From Eledone cirrhosa (lineage: Eukaryota): 64,000 nucleotides of DNA. The first letter of the stretch is position 1. Every line of letters starts with the position of its first letter. Both the position numbers and the translations under genes were made by a program. The stretch is taken from positions 231,570,001-231,634,000 of the forward strand of contig OZ024741.1 in the NCBI GenBank assembly GCA_964016885.1. The letters run 5' to 3'. Under the pieces are notes generated by a model. That model did no database searches. It had not been told where the DNA came from and saw nothing but the letters and a program-made list of their open reading frames with translations. Positions 27,470 to 43,478 of this stretch are shown one piece after another.

Positions 27470-28487
27470 ATTTTTATTTGTTTTTTATTTTTATTTTTAT
27501 TAATATATTGAAATCTGTTCTCTATTTCTGCTTGATCGACAATCATGTAGAGTAAAGACAAGAATAGTATTGTTAAAATTAATATAGACTCTATATATAT
27601 GTGTATATATACACACATATATGTATACTTGAATTTTTATAGCACAATGAGAATGTTTTCGTGTGTATTGGGAGTTTGTTTATAATTATGATATAAACAT
27701 ATGAATTTTTAAAAACTAGACATAAGATCATTACTTTTCACACATTATAGATACATGTCTCATTCATGTATACTAATATTTACATTATAATGCCTGTTTT
27801 ATACGAACTAATATTTTCTACAGGATGAAGCATAGCGTTTTTAAATTCTGCCTCGTTTATGTCTGGTTATTTTCATTTTCTCTTTTTCATTTTCTCTTTT
27901 TTCTCTCTATATAACGGCTATTTTCTCTCTTAACTACATACATCTCTCTTTACATTAATACTAGAGCTAAATAAATAAATAAATAAATGTATCAACCGAT
28001 ACTCAACTTCCTAGTTTCTCTATCTATCTCTATCTATCTCTTTCTTTTTTCCTCTCTCTATATATATTTCTCTCTGTTTCTTTACATGAAGTTCTTCTCT
28101 TTATCTATCTTTCTATATCTCTCTATTTAGTCACATGCATTTCTTCTTTTTCTTCGTTTCTCTTTCTTTCTTTCTTTCTCTCTTTCTTTTTACAACTGTC
28201 CACAATATTTTTTACTGCCAAATCAACCTCCCAAATGCAAGGTGATTGAAAGGGATGTCGTATCTATTTATTTATAAGACTGTTTATATTGTATTTTGTC
28301 TGAAGAAGGCATAACATATTGTTAATATGATATCCCTGAAATATATATAACGAAATAAATATGGTTTTATAAATATAGTTTCCATTTATTTAATATCATA
28401 AATATACTCCAAATACTTGTTGAGTGCTTTTATATCAGTTATAAATATTTACTCGTTGTTAACCCAACAATTTAAATATAACTTTTC
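27470..28487 (+). mobile_element. Naiad-A 3' UTR/pLTR fragment with HHR (28292-28357)
   Basis: Colinear with about 43500-44530. CTGAAGA aggcataacatattg...GAAA tatata TA acgaaata. Confidence 0.85.
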
Positions 28488-28490
28488 ATG

Positions 28491-28523
<33 letters not shown>

Positions 28524-28524
28524 C

Positions 28525-28557
28525 TAGTAGTAGCAGTATTAGTAGTTTTAGTAGAAT

Positions 28558-28638
<81 letters not shown>

Positions 28639-28643
28639 TAATC

Positions 28644-28679
<36 letters not shown>

Positions 28680-28707
28680 GTAGTGGTAGTAGCAGCAGCA
28701 GTAGGAA

Positions 28708-28740
<33 letters not shown>

Positions 28741-29008
28741 AGTAGTAGTAGCAGCAGAAGTAGTAGCAGTAGTAGTAGTAGCAGCATCAGTAGTAGTAGT
28801 AGCAGAAGTAATGGTAGCTGTAGTAGTAGTAGTAGTAGTCGTAGTAGTAGTAGTAATAGTAGCATCAGTAGTAGTAGTCGTATTAGTAGTAGTAGTAGTA
28901 ACAGTCGTAGTAGTAGTGGTAGTAATAATATAAGTAGTATTAGTAATAATAGTAGTAGTAGTATTAGTAGTAGCAGTAGTAGTAGTAGTAGTAGTCGTAG
29001 TAGTAGTC

Positions 29009-29064
<56 letters not shown>

Positions 29065-29248
29065 TGTAGTAGCAGCAGCAGTAGCAGCAGCAGTAGTAGT
29101 AGTAGTGTTAGTAGTAGTAGTAATAGTAGGTGTAGTAGTAGTAGTTTTAGTAGTAGTAATAGTAGTAGTAGTAGTACTAATAGTAGTAGCAGTACCTGCA
29201 GTAGTGCATTAGTAGTATTAGTATTAGTAGTAACAATAGTAGTAGTAA
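28525..29248. repeat. (TAG)n trinucleotide microsatellite, ~720 bp, imperfect
   Basis: Seen directly in the sequence. Confidence 0.97.
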
Positions 29249-30442
29249 TGTGTTCACGGCATATGTGACGTAACAGCTAATTACATTTATAAAAATTTAT
29301 CAATGGAAATGTTAATAATTAAGGGAGGTCACTCTCGTTATAGTCACTCTTAACATTAATTTGTTATGTCAATTATATATACTACCAGAAACTCCACCCT
29401 CGGGTGGTTTTCTGCTGGCATGTGTAGTGTGTATATTGATATTATACGCAAGTATATATACATGTAGATATGATACATAAAATAAAATCTTAATTGACAA
29501 TATACACAGAAATTGAACGAAGAATGTGTTACACTGTTTTATTTAATCAGTAAATTAATCCATGATACTTTAAAAAAAGACGATATTATATATAATCTGC
29601 ATTAGGAAACAATTAGTGACAGAACATTAGTATGTTTATTTAGGCGATCGCCAACCGGAAGAGTTGACATTTCAGAAATTTTAAAGACGTGAATCTTTAA
29701 ATAAACAAAACATATTTAATCAACAGCCACGAAATTTAGTAGATAAATTATGTAATATTCATTCATTATTTATTCAAAATAATCCAACTTATTTTACTAA
29801 TGAGATAAAAAATTATAAACCGTACGCAGTCCCACCCTCTTTGCTTTATTATAGTTTAGATTATATTTGCTAGTGTTTTCGTTCTGTAAACATTATATTA
29901 AATGAGTTTTAAAAAAAAAGAATTAATAAATAAATAAAACGTTATACTTATTTTACCCTCCCATTTCCGATTAAACCGAATGCTATCATGACTGTAATGG
30001 TGTGTTTCTGTAAATGTATATGTATGAATGTATGTATGTTTGTGTAAATGTATATGTGTGAATGTATGTATGTTTGTGTGAAAGTATATGTGTGAATGTA
30101 TGTATAATTGTGTGAAAGTATGTATGTTTGTGGGAAAGTATGTGTCAATGTATGTATATTTGTGTGAAAGTATGTGTGAATGTAATTATAATTGTGTGAA
30201 AGTATGTGTATTTTGAGAATTATGTCCGTGAGAGTGTATTTTTATAAGTTTGTGTTTGCGCGATTATAGTTATATACTCATAATAGGTGTATGTATGTGC
30301 ACAATCATACGCGTCACGTGTAGAAAATCATAATATTTCTGTCTCTCTCCTCACACACTCTCCCTCTTTCTATATATATGGTAGTTGAAGTGGTGGTGGT
30401 GAGGAGATGTCGGACGTGCATCTTTGAAAAGAAGTAAATTTG

Positions 30443-30840
30443 AAATTAGGCTGCTCAGGCGTTAATATGCATTAGGAAAGTATATACTTTCAGGCGTTCA
30501 ATCATCTGGCAGGAAGGTATACGTTGCTGACGATAGCTAATAAGCTTGAAACTAGTACAGCGTTCCTTTTTCAGTGTTGAACAAATGAGCAACGACGGTT
30601 GCTAGACACTGTACGGCTTAATTCGAGATGTTTGTTTACAAACACACCGAGCATTATAATAAATGTTCGGTGAATCCATACGTACATATATATATATGTG
30701 TGCATGTATGTATATATATATACATACATACTACTGTACGTCTGTATACATATATGTATGTACGTGTACATACTTATATTTAAGTAACAGCCGTACTAAG
30801 AGTGAGAAATAAAATTTCTTTTCATTTTTTCCGTTTATAG
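30443..30840 (+). repeat. Solo R2-family unit with HHR (30521-30563)
   Basis: acgttg CTGACGA tagctaataagctt GAAA CTAG TA cagcgt. Confidence 0.85.
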
Positions 30841-30903
30841 ATTAGATATGTTATATATATATATTATATATTATATATATGATGGGTCCGTCAACCCTTA
30901 TTA

Positions 30904-30938
<35 letters not shown>

Positions 30939-31314
30939 AGGGTTGACGGACCCATCATATTTATCAATGCCAGTACCGGTTGTATCTCAGCGCACTCAAT
31001 GGACATGTAAGATACATTACCAGAGTATACACATAGTTATTTGCCTCAACACAACACACGTAAAACGGGTGCCTATAAGGTTCCAGGACTCAAAGTTTCT
31101 GCCGCACTAATGAAGCAGTAAGGTGCACTGCGCCATCTGTCTGCATATATTATGCAACAATGCAAAATCGGCTTATGCGGCTTCATCAGCGAGTATCGCC
31201 TAATCAATAATCATTCGATAGACAGAATCCAAACACCGGCCCATGCCGGTCATGACTGTTTGTGACACGGTAAAGCGATTAGCAACTGGCAACCGATATA
31301 TATATATGTATATA

Positions 31315-31390
<76 letters not shown>

Positions 31391-31599
31391 ATATAATATA
31401 TATATATATTATATATATAATATATATAATATATATATATATTATATATATATATTATATATATATAATATATATATTATATATATAATATATATATTAT
31501 ATAAATATATTATATACATATATATTATATATATATTATACAATATATATATATTATATATTATATATATATTATATATTATATAACTATATTATACTC

Positions 31600-32520
31600 A
31601 CACTTTGACCGGGTTGGATGGTCTTTATCTCTCTCGTCTACGATTTCACAGAACTTATGTTCATCGATTTCAGGGACTTGGCTCCTTCTTCCTCCCGTTT
31701 GACCTGTGCGTAATTCTTTCCTTACTCACATTTCGACCAGGTTTGATGGTCTTTATTCTCCCTCGCCCTCGATTTCACAGAACTCATGTTCATCGATTTC
31801 AGGGACTTGACTACTACTTCCTCACGTTTCGTTGCATTATCATCTTCGTTTTGTTTACTGTCTCGCTCGTTCCCCCTATTTACGTGTCCCAACGACTTTC
31901 TTTAGCAGTTGCTCGCACCAACCAGAGGTATATGGTCTTTTAAACCGATGAAATACCAATGAAGGCTGGAAGATCACTGATGAAGGACTAAATTTATTCA
32001 TATGTAACCCATTCACAACCACGCAGAACGCCATGTTTTCATATTTTTCATATATATTTTCCTCCGCTCTGACCCGTCTGTTTCTTTCTTACTGCTTCCC
32101 CTTTTCTCTGTATCTCTCACTTCCTTTTCCCCATCTACCAGTCACTCTCTCTGTTAGACTCTTCCTCCTCACACTTTCACTCACTCACTCTCTGCTACTC
32201 CCTCTCCAACTTCCTCCCGTTTGACCTGTGCGAGATTCGTTCCTCACTCATACTACGACCGAATCGGATGGTCTTTATTCTCTCTCGTCTACGATTTCAC
32301 AGAACCTATGTTCATCGATTTCAGAGACTTGACTCCTTCTTCCCCACTTTCCCTTGCATTACCATCTTTGTTTGTTTACTCTCTCGCTCCTCCCCTCTAT
32401 TCACGTGTCCCAACGACTTTCTTTAGCCGTTGCACGCACCAACCAGAGGTATATGGTTTTTAGAGCGATGAAATAACAATGAAGGCTTGAAGATCACTGA
32501 TGAAGGACTAAATTTATTCA
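31600..32520. repeat. Imperfect tandem repeat (~520-bp period) with internal sub-repeats
   Basis: cgatttcacagaac...gttcatcgatttcag occurs three times and accagaggtatatgg...actgatgaaggactaaatttattcatat twice. Confidence 0.75.
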
Positions 32521-32807
32521 TATATATATATATATATATATGTAGGAGGTGAGTTTTATTGTAGCACAATAAAGCAATGCAGATATCGGGTAAATAGCAC
32601 TCTACAGTTTGTAGGACTGGAGTATAAATAAGATCAAAAGATGGTTAAAACTTCATTTAAAACTTCACTATTCACAAGTGATTTTAAGCTGCATAGCAGG
32701 TATCCCTATTTTATCTAATGAGAACGCAGATATCATCCCATGATGATATTGGTTTTTGAAATGGGAATAATAAAATACTTGGAACACTTTTCACCATCTT
32801 TTGATCT

Positions 32808-32864
<57 letters not shown>

Positions 32865-32867
<3 letters not shown>

Positions 32868-33860
32868 CAAAATAACAGATTAAAGTTTAAGCAAAGAATC
32901 GCTTCTTTCACCCTTAACGGGATCTTCTGAAACTAACAAAGTCAATCTGTGAACGCAGAAGTGAATATTTCAAAAAACGTTGCAATCGGAGGAAGACAGG
33001 AATGCGATACTTTGGTTCGTAGAAACGTTCCTTGGCAAAAAACGGGAAAAAACGAATATAATACGTCATTATATGTATACACGCACACACATACACAATA
33101 TATATATTTTTATATATATTTTTATGTGTATTTGGTGTATACATTCGTACGCGTGTGGGTATAGGCGTTGCGTGGGTTATGTATGTGCGTGTGTGTTTTT
33201 TCTTTCTTTTTTTTGTGGACGTGCGTGTTTTTGTATACCTATGGCGAGTGTTTTCGCGTATGCTTGTGTATGTACGTATATGGATGAGTGTATGTATTTA
33301 TTTCAATTACCTCTGTATTTTATTTACTTTATCCTTAACTCTGAAGCCGAGAATCATTTGGTTTCCTAGTTAGAATTTTAGTCTACGATTTCAGTTATAC
33401 CAATCACGTGGTTTTGTCTTTGCGTGCCATTGTTCCCCACGCTCCACATATGACGCATTATCTTCGTTTTTTCCGTCCATTGCCTCTATGAACCACCTAA
33501 TAGAATATTAGTCTACGACTTCTTTTATACCATTAATAGTGGTTTTGTCTTTCCTTTTAATTGTTATTCACCGCTCCAAATAAAGACGTATTATATTCGT
33601 TTTTCCCGTTCTTTGCCAGGGAACGTTTCCACGAACCAAAGTATCGTCGTCCTGTCTTCCTCCGGTTGCAACGTTTTTTGAAATATTCACTTCTGCGTTC
33701 ACGGATTGACTTTGTTAGTTTCAGAAGATCCCGTAAAGGGTGAAAGCAGCGATTCTTTGCTTAAACTTTCATCTGTTATTTTAATAAATATTTGCTCTAC
33801 GGTTCATATATATTTGATATATCGAGCCCTCTTTTCGAACCCTCTTTTCAAATTTATATT
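32865..33860. mobile_element. Fold-back of Naiad-D 3' UTR/pLTR
   Basis: 32865-33070 is inverted relative to 33585-33785. Both match 22900-23560. Confidence 0.75.
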
Positions 33861-34044
33861 TATTAATATATATATATATAGTAATATTTATTACTATATA
33901 TATATAGTAATACAACCAAACAGTGAGTGTGTTCTGTTATTAATTCTGGCAATATTACAGAAATATGATCCTCCCCAAGTATAACAATATTTGTTTCGAT
34001 ACACGGTTTCATATCAAAAACCTTGCAAAACTAATTCATCGCCG

Positions 34045-34096
<52 letters not shown>

Positions 34097-34836
34097 GTTA
34101 TTCCGGGTTGAATCGGAGGTAACCACAGTAAGTAAGGTACTCAATACATAGCAGAGTATAAAAGTTTTAATATAGATGAGATTCTACAGGACTAGAACTG
34201 TTTCATTCATTAGAAATCATCAGGAATCTGGGTATCAATAAATAAAAATGGTATTTATAGGTCTCTACAAGTGGTAGGAGTGGGTGGGGAGTGGGATGGG
34301 TGCAGGTCATTGGTTGATAGAAAAGGGAATTCATTAAAAGCTAATTCTACAAAGCTATAGTTTATTTTTATTTATTTATGTTTTTAGAGTAACAAGGGCA
34401 GACAGAATTCTATAAACAGGTTCCGGATGGCATACCATTCCTTGTCATTAAGTTTCTCTTAAGCTAACAGATGTCTATAAAATCAATGGGGGGTCAGTCA
34501 TGGTCGATAGAATTAAAGAAAAGGGAGATTCTTTAAAAGCTAAAATCATTAAGGTTCTACTAAGTGACAAAGGTCTAGAGAATTCTGTAGACAGATTCAA
34601 AATACTGAGTGCATATCTTACAATTATCTTCGAACTTTTCTTAAACTAATCAACTATATGCCAAAAATCAACAGACACATTCACAAAAAAACAAAAAAAC
34701 ATACTCACTCACACACTTACGCGCAACCATAAACACACACACAAACAAACACATATACACACATAAAAACACACACACATATACACAAATATATTCATAT
34801 ACATACATATACATACACACATACATACATACAAAT

Positions 34837-34889
<53 letters not shown>

Positions 34890-35156
34890 CACACACATAT
34901 ATATATACACATACACACACACATACACATATATATACACACACACACATATATACACATATAAATACACTCACACACATACATACAAACACAAATATAC
35001 ATGTGTATACATATACACACAAATACAAATAGACATATATACATACATACACACAGATATATATACACACACATATATACATATATATATATACATATAC
35101 ATATATATATACACACACATACATACATACACATATATATACATACACATACGTAT

Positions 35157-35199
<43 letters not shown>

Positions 35200-35428
35200 T
35201 ACATACACACACATATATATATATATAAAAAAAAAACCATACACACACATATATACATATACACACACATACACACATACACACACACACATATATATAC
35301 ATATACATATATATATATATATTCATATATATAACCATATACATATATACATATACACACATACATATATATATATATATATACACATAAACAAATATAT
35401 ACACATACAAACACACACACACATACAT

Positions 35429-35481
<53 letters not shown>

Positions 35482-35561
35482 TATACACATATATAAGGAA
35501 AAAGCACCATACATACATATATATATATATATATACACATATATATATATACACACACATA

Positions 35562-35615
<54 letters not shown>

Positions 35616-35666
35616 TATACACACACCCATATATATATATATACACACATATATACACACATATAT

Positions 35667-35717
<51 letters not shown>

Positions 35718-35776
35718 CACAAAAATATATACATATATATAAAAATATACACACATATACATACATGCACACACAC

Positions 35777-35835
<59 letters not shown>

Positions 35836-35947
35836 TATATATACATATATAATATATACACATACAAACACACATACAAACATACATATACACATACAAA
35901 TATATAAACATATATATACACATATATACACGCATGCACATACATAC

Positions 35948-36006
<59 letters not shown>

Positions 36007-36040
36007 TATACATATTATATATACACATATACACACACAT

Positions 36041-36085
<45 letters not shown>

Positions 36086-37446
36086 TATACATATTATATA
36101 TACACATATACACACACATACACACACACACATATATATATATACACATGGTGGCTGCCAACTCGTTTTCGAGTACGGCCACTACTTTATATCCATGTAG
36201 GAGAACCCCTACCGATGCGCTGAACGAGTGTGACTTTTTAGTCCAGCCAGCAACTTGAAAACTCTGGTACAAACACTACACTTGTGACAATTACTGACAC
36301 ATAGTGCTGGGCCCATGGTACCATGTGACGACAAGTGCAGAGAGATCTCCAGACATAAAGCAATGCCTGTGCCGTGAAGCTTTTATAGTGAGCAAAGGCA
36401 CTGCACAAAGCCAGTCCCACTCTCTTAACCAAGATGATATTTACCAAAAAGAAGAACAAGTCAACATCATTGGATACCATCAGGGTTGCAGGTGTTATAT
36501 CAGAGTTTTCCTTCTCCTAGAATTCTGCCTTGACAAAGGCTAAGGGGTCATCTCTCCCGGTGATTTTGGATGGCCATTGACTCCCAAGAGCTCCTTTTCC
36601 CTTTGACAGGTTTTGTCAAAGGGCAAAGGAGCCCCCAAGAGTCAATGGCCATCCAAAATATATATATACATATATATATATATACACATACATACATACA
36701 TATATATATATACATTCACATACATACATATATATGTATACACACATATATATATACATATACAGACACACACATACACACATACATATATATACACACA
36801 TACATACATATATACATACACACATACATATATACACACACATACATATACATAGATATAAATATACATACAAACACACATATATATACATACAAACACA
36901 TATATATACATACATACACACATATATATATATATACACACATACATACTCATACACACATATATATATACATACACACATATATATATATATATACACA
37001 CCCACATACATACACTCATACAGATTATATATATATATACATACATACATACAAACACATATACATACATACACACATATATATATACATACATACACAT
37101 TTATATATATACACAAACACATACATACTCATACACATATATACATACACACACATATATATATGTGTGTGTGTGCCAAAGATGTTTTCATTTCGTTGAG
37201 GGACAAATTATAATTTATTTTGATATAATGTCCTTATTTTTTACATTGTCTTTGTGTGTGTATATATATATATATGTATATATGTGTGTATATATATCTA
37301 TGTGTGTGTATGAGTGGATGTATGTATATATATGTGTGTGTGTATGTATATATATGAGTGTATATGTGTGTGTGTATGTATATATATATATATGAGTGTA
37401 TGTATGTGTTTGTGTGTGTATATATATATCTATATATATGTGTATA

Positions 37447-37477
<31 letters not shown>

Positions 37478-37904
37478 CTATATATATGTGTATGAGTGTA
37501 TGTGTATGAGTGTATGTGTGTATGAGTATGTATGTATATATATATAGGTGTGTGTGTATGTATGTATATATATCTATGTATATGTGTATGAGTATGTATG
37601 TATGTATGTGTATGAGTATGTATATATATATATATATATGTGTGTATGAGTGTATATATGTATATATGTGTGTGTGAGATCGCCAAAGATGTTTTCATTT
37701 CGTTGAGGGACAAATTATAATTTATTTTGATATAATGTCCTTATTTTTTACATTGTCTTCGTGTGTATATTTATATATATGTATGTGTATGAATGTGTAT
37801 GTGTATATATATATGTGTGTGTGTGTATATATGTGTATGTGTGTGTGTGTATGAGTATGTATGTGTGTGTGTGTATATATATATATATACACATACACAC
37901 ACAC

Positions 37905-37937
<33 letters not shown>

Positions 37938-38278
37938 CATATATATACATATATATATATATATATACATACATATACACACACATATATATACACGCAC
38001 ACACATATATACACATATATATACACACACACACACACACATACACATGCATATGTATAAATATTTATATATACATATAGATATATATATATATACATAT
38101 CCATATATATACAAACATACACATACATACACAGACCTATACATAAATATACACATATATATACAGACATATAACGCATATATACACATACACACACACA
38201 TATATATACACGCACACACATATATACACATATACACACACACACACACACACATACACATGCATATGTATAAATATT

Positions 38279-38323
<45 letters not shown>

Positions 38324-38526
38324 CCATATATATACAAACATACACATACATACACAGACCTATACATAAATATACACATATATATAGAGACATATAACGC
38401 ATATATACACACATATATACACACATATATATATATATATATACACATATATATATACACACACGCATACACACATACACACACACACACACAAATATAT
38501 ATACACACTCTCTCACATATGTATAT

Positions 38527-38581
<55 letters not shown>

Positions 38582-38650
38582 TACATATATACATATATAC
38601 ATATACACATATATGCACATATATACACATATACACACATATATATATAC

Positions 38651-38709
<59 letters not shown>

Positions 38710-38784
38710 TATATATACATACAAATACACACACACACACATATATATATACACACACCTGCCCACACAACTATATATATATAT

Positions 38785-38830
<46 letters not shown>

Positions 38831-38848
38831 GCACACACATACACACAT

Positions 38849-38955
<107 letters not shown>

Positions 38956-39380
38956 CACATACATATACATAGACATATATACATAAACATACATACATAC
39001 ATACATACATACACATACATACATACATACATACATACACATATATACACATACATATATATACATATATATACACACATATACATACATATACATACAT
39101 AAATATACACACATAAAACACATATACACACAAACATATATATATATATATATACACAGACACATACATATACACACATACAAACAAATATATGCACATA
39201 CAAATAAATAGGTACTCAATAAATATACGCATATACGCAGGCACATAATGACACCTCTGCATGCAGAAAATGTAGATACGAAAGAGGTACTCACATAACC
39301 ATAGTGTCCGTATTTCAGGTTGAGGAGGGGTGGGGGTAGGGTGGGGAGGAGGTATAGGGGCCAATAGGGGGAGGTCGTTT

Positions 39381-39720
39381 TTAGCCATCGGGCTTTAACA
39401 CTGGCTTAAAGTGTTTGAAAGTTGCAAAGTTCTTGTGCATGCAGTTCGGGCAGTGTTCAGAGAGTTTGTTCAGTAGCGGGCCCTTGGCGAATAAAATTTC
39501 GTAGCTCTCTGAAATACAAAGGTCGCAGCCCTTGTGTCCTCCGTTGTAAGAGCGCGCTTTCTGGAGTATTTTCCATTTAAGCGTGAAGGGGGTGGAGTTC
39601 CTTTTGAGGTCCCAAACGTAGGAGGCGAGTGTTGTCTGATTTGATTTATCCGGTCTTCTGAAGGAGTGGGTATGGGCATACCAACGGGTCTTAAAGTTGT
39701 TGGAGGTCATGCCGATGTAT
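39381..39720 (-). pseudogene. Naiad-type GIY-YIG endonuclease C-terminal fragment (5' truncated)
   Basis: [20 protein letters not shown]...[11 protein letters not shown]...W.I...Y....CDLCISE...LNK...CMH. Confidence 0.88.
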
Positions 39721-39727
39721 ATATGTA

Positions 39728-39777
<50 letters not shown>

Positions 39778-39967
39778 TGATAGAGAGTGTGTATATATAT
39801 TTGTGTGTGTGTGTAAGTGTGTATGCGTGTATGTATATATATATGTGTATATATATATATATATATGTATGTATATATGTGTGTATATATGCGTTATATG
39901 TCTGTATATATATGTGTATATTTATGTATAGGTCTGTGTATGCATGTGTATGTTTGTATATATATGG

Positions 39968-40010
<43 letters not shown>

Positions 40011-40012
<2 letters not shown>

Positions 40013-43000
40013 CGATATTAAATAAATGGAAACTATATTTATAAAACCATATTTATTTCATTATATATATTTCAGGGATATCATATTAACAATATGTTAT
40101 GCCTTCCTCAGACAAAATACAATATAGACAGTTTTATAGATAAATAGATTTGACATACCGTTCAACATCGACTAGTATTTGAAAAAGTTGATTTGGCAGT
40201 GAAAAATTGTAAACAGAAAGAAAGAAAGAGAGAAAGAAGGAAAGAAAGAAAGAAAACGAAGAAAAAGAAGAAAAAAAGAAAAAGAAGAAATGCATGCAAC
40301 AACATAGAGAGATGGAAAGATAGATAAAGAGAAGAACTTCATGTAAAGAAACAGAGAGAGATATATATAGAGAGAGGAAATAGATAGAGATAGATATATA
40401 TAGAGAAAAGTAGGTAGTTGAAACATCCGTTGAATGAACGTATCAATGATACATTTATTTATTTATTTATTTATTTAGCTCTAGTATTAATGTAAGGGAG
40501 ATATATGTGGTTAGGAAAGAAACCAGCCGTTATATAGAGAGAAAAATGAAAAGTAACCAGACATAGGCGAGGCAGAATTTAAAAACCCTATGTTTTAATG
40601 TAGAAATATTAGTTCGTATAAAAACCAGGCAATATAATGTAAATATCAGTATTCCTGAATGAGACACGTATCCATAATGTGTGAAAAGTAATGATCTTAT
40701 GTCTAGTTTTATATCTTGCTCCAATACTGTTGAGCGCTTTATATTATAACTGAAAAAATGGAATTCTTTAAGATTACTTCCTCTTTAAAAGACATACCTC
40801 TACCTAGAAAGAAAGACTTTATAAAACAATTAATAGATAAATCTGACTCTTTTATAAGGAGAATCAGGTGGCGAGCATTCCACTTTGATAAATCTAATAT
40901 AAATGAAAATGTCTCGGACTTAAACAAAGTTTTCAAATCTAAAAGAAATCCACCCCCTAACAAACTTTTATCTGACTTTGAAAACGATATAATTTCTATC
41001 ATACAAGGGGTCAAATTCAAGAGAAACTTCAAAGGCCAGGAATATCTGAAAGGCATTAAGGATAATATTGAGAGCTTAGAGAAAACTGAGAAGATCTTGG
41101 TGAAATCTGACAAGACCAACAACCTCTATGGAGTGCAGAAACACATGTTTAATGGCCTCATACTGAAGGAACTGAGGAAAAAGTACAAGGTAGCAGATAA
41201 GGCCGAGCTTGAGAAAATGAATGTCGAAGCATCTTGTATAATGCACGAGTTGGAAATTGAGAACAGAACACAACCTTTCGTGCCCAGGAAACCGAAGATC
41301 AATATGAAAGATCACAAAAGGAATTTTGAAAATGACTTGCCAGTTAGATTGATCGCACCATCAAAATCGGACCTGGGCAAATTAAGCAAAAACATTCTTG
41401 ACAGGGTGATACAGCAAATTAAAAACTTGGATTGTTTACCTAACCTGAGCTTGTGGAAGGGAACTGGAGAGGTTGTTGAGTGGTTTAAGCAAATTAAATA
41501 TAACAATAATAATAAGTTTATTCAACTTGATATTGCTAACTATTATTCTTCTATTACCCCTAATCTACTAAATAAGGCACTAAATTACGCATTCAAACAT
41601 ACAGACCTAACTAGCAATGAAATGCACATTATATTATCGGCTAGGAAAACATTGATAGAATTTAATGACCAACTATGGACCAGAGCAGATAGAGATAGCA
41701 ATTTTGACATTACTATGGGATCATCCGACTCAGCTCAGGTAACTGACCTTGTGGGCTTATTTTTAATCAATTCGCTACATAGGAAAATACCTGATACTAC
41801 CGGAGGTTTATATAGAGATGACATGCTTTTACTTATTGATAATAATAACTCTGAACTAAATAGAAAAAGAAAACAAATTACACAATTTTTTAATTACTTT
41901 AATCTAAAAATAGAAATTGAGAACAACCATAGAATAGTCAATTTCCTAGATATAACATTAAATCTCAACACATGTCTTCACTATCCTTTTCACAAGTTGA
42001 ATGAAAACTTAAACTATGTCAGCTTTAACTCTAACCACCCCAGATCTGTCAAAAACACTATAGTAAACTCTGTTCAAAAACGTATCTCTAGAATCTCGTC
42101 TAATAGAAAGATTTTCGACGAAAAATCCCAGTACTACAATGAAGCGTTAGCTAGAGCAGGATATAGTGATAAGATTATGTACATAGATAATGATAGACAA
42201 ACTAAACAAAATAACAACTATTTTAATTACGGCCGCAACCTTAACAACTATAATAGAAAGCATTACAATAATTCCAAAAGCCAAAAAAGAAATAGAACTA
42301 GGAACATAATATGGTTTGCCCCCCCTTTCTCACTAAACATTAAAACCCACATCGCTAAACTATTTTTTAAAGCTCTTGATAATCGCTTCCCTAGAACACA
42401 TAGGTATCACTCAATTTTCAATAGACATACTATAAAATTAACCTACTCATCCACCAAAAATTTAGCACAAAATATTAATAGAATAAATAATAGGAACTTA
42501 AAACCTAGCGATAATAGCATAAATAATATACAAGTTAACAAATGTAACTGTAGAGATAGATCTAAATGTTCGTTAAATAACAACTGCTTAGTTAAAAATA
42601 TAATATACAACTGTAATGTTAAAACGGACTCTAATTCTTTTAACTACGTCGGTTCCACATCGACGGAATTTAAACTTCGCTATAATAACCACAAGAATTC
42701 TTTCACAGATCCAAGCAAAAAATCTTCAACAGCACTATCAGGCGTACTCTGGCAACTTAGGCAAGATAACGTTAGATATTCGACGGCTTGGGATATAGTC
42801 TCAAGAGGGATTCCTTTTAATTCATCCCCTGAGACATGTGACCTCTGCGCGGAGGAGATATTCTTTATACTAAAATCTAAAAATTCCCTTAATCTACGGA
42901 CAAATTTATTCAGTTGCTGCAAACATAGATTGAACTCAACTTTTAAATATAAATTTAAATTTAAAATGTAGTATATTTAGTTTGATTTATAATTATTTGG

Positions 43001-43445
43001 GAAACTAGCCGATAAATCTTTCGATTTCTTCTTTTTATTCTTCTTTTTATTTTTATTTTTATTTAAACATTCTTCATGAAAAATTAAACTACCCTAAAAG
43101 TTGATGCTCCAAATATTTCGAATAAACGTTACACTAGATAAACATCTATATAAATATAAGAACATATGTAGACCAAATGGGCATCCTAAACTTTTTGAAA
43201 TGATTTCTGCTAGACGCGATTTGGTAAATAATGTTTAGCTTTATCTGTTTTCGACTCTGATGCTTATAATGAACTTGGCAATATATTGTCAATTAATTTT
43301 GAAGGGTTGATCTTTGTGGTCGATTTGCGTGGCATATTATGTTTCTATTATGTTTTTTATTTTTATTATTTTAATATTTTTTTATATTTTTAATATTTTT
43401 ATTTTTAATATGTAATATTTTTTAGTTTTCTATTTTATTTATTTG

Positions 43446-43478
<33 letters not shown>

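Noticed and set aside
28488-28865. Poly-Val and poly-Leu ORFs
   Set aside because: They are translations of the (TAG)n microsatellite.
31975-32005. ctgatga motif at the end of the 520-bp repeat
   Set aside because: No stem II or GAAA follows it.
33715-33760. HHR-like cagaaga-tccc...gggt-gaaa in the Naiad-D pLTR
   Set aside because: U4 is missing and there is no valid stem III/UH or stem I; at best a relic.
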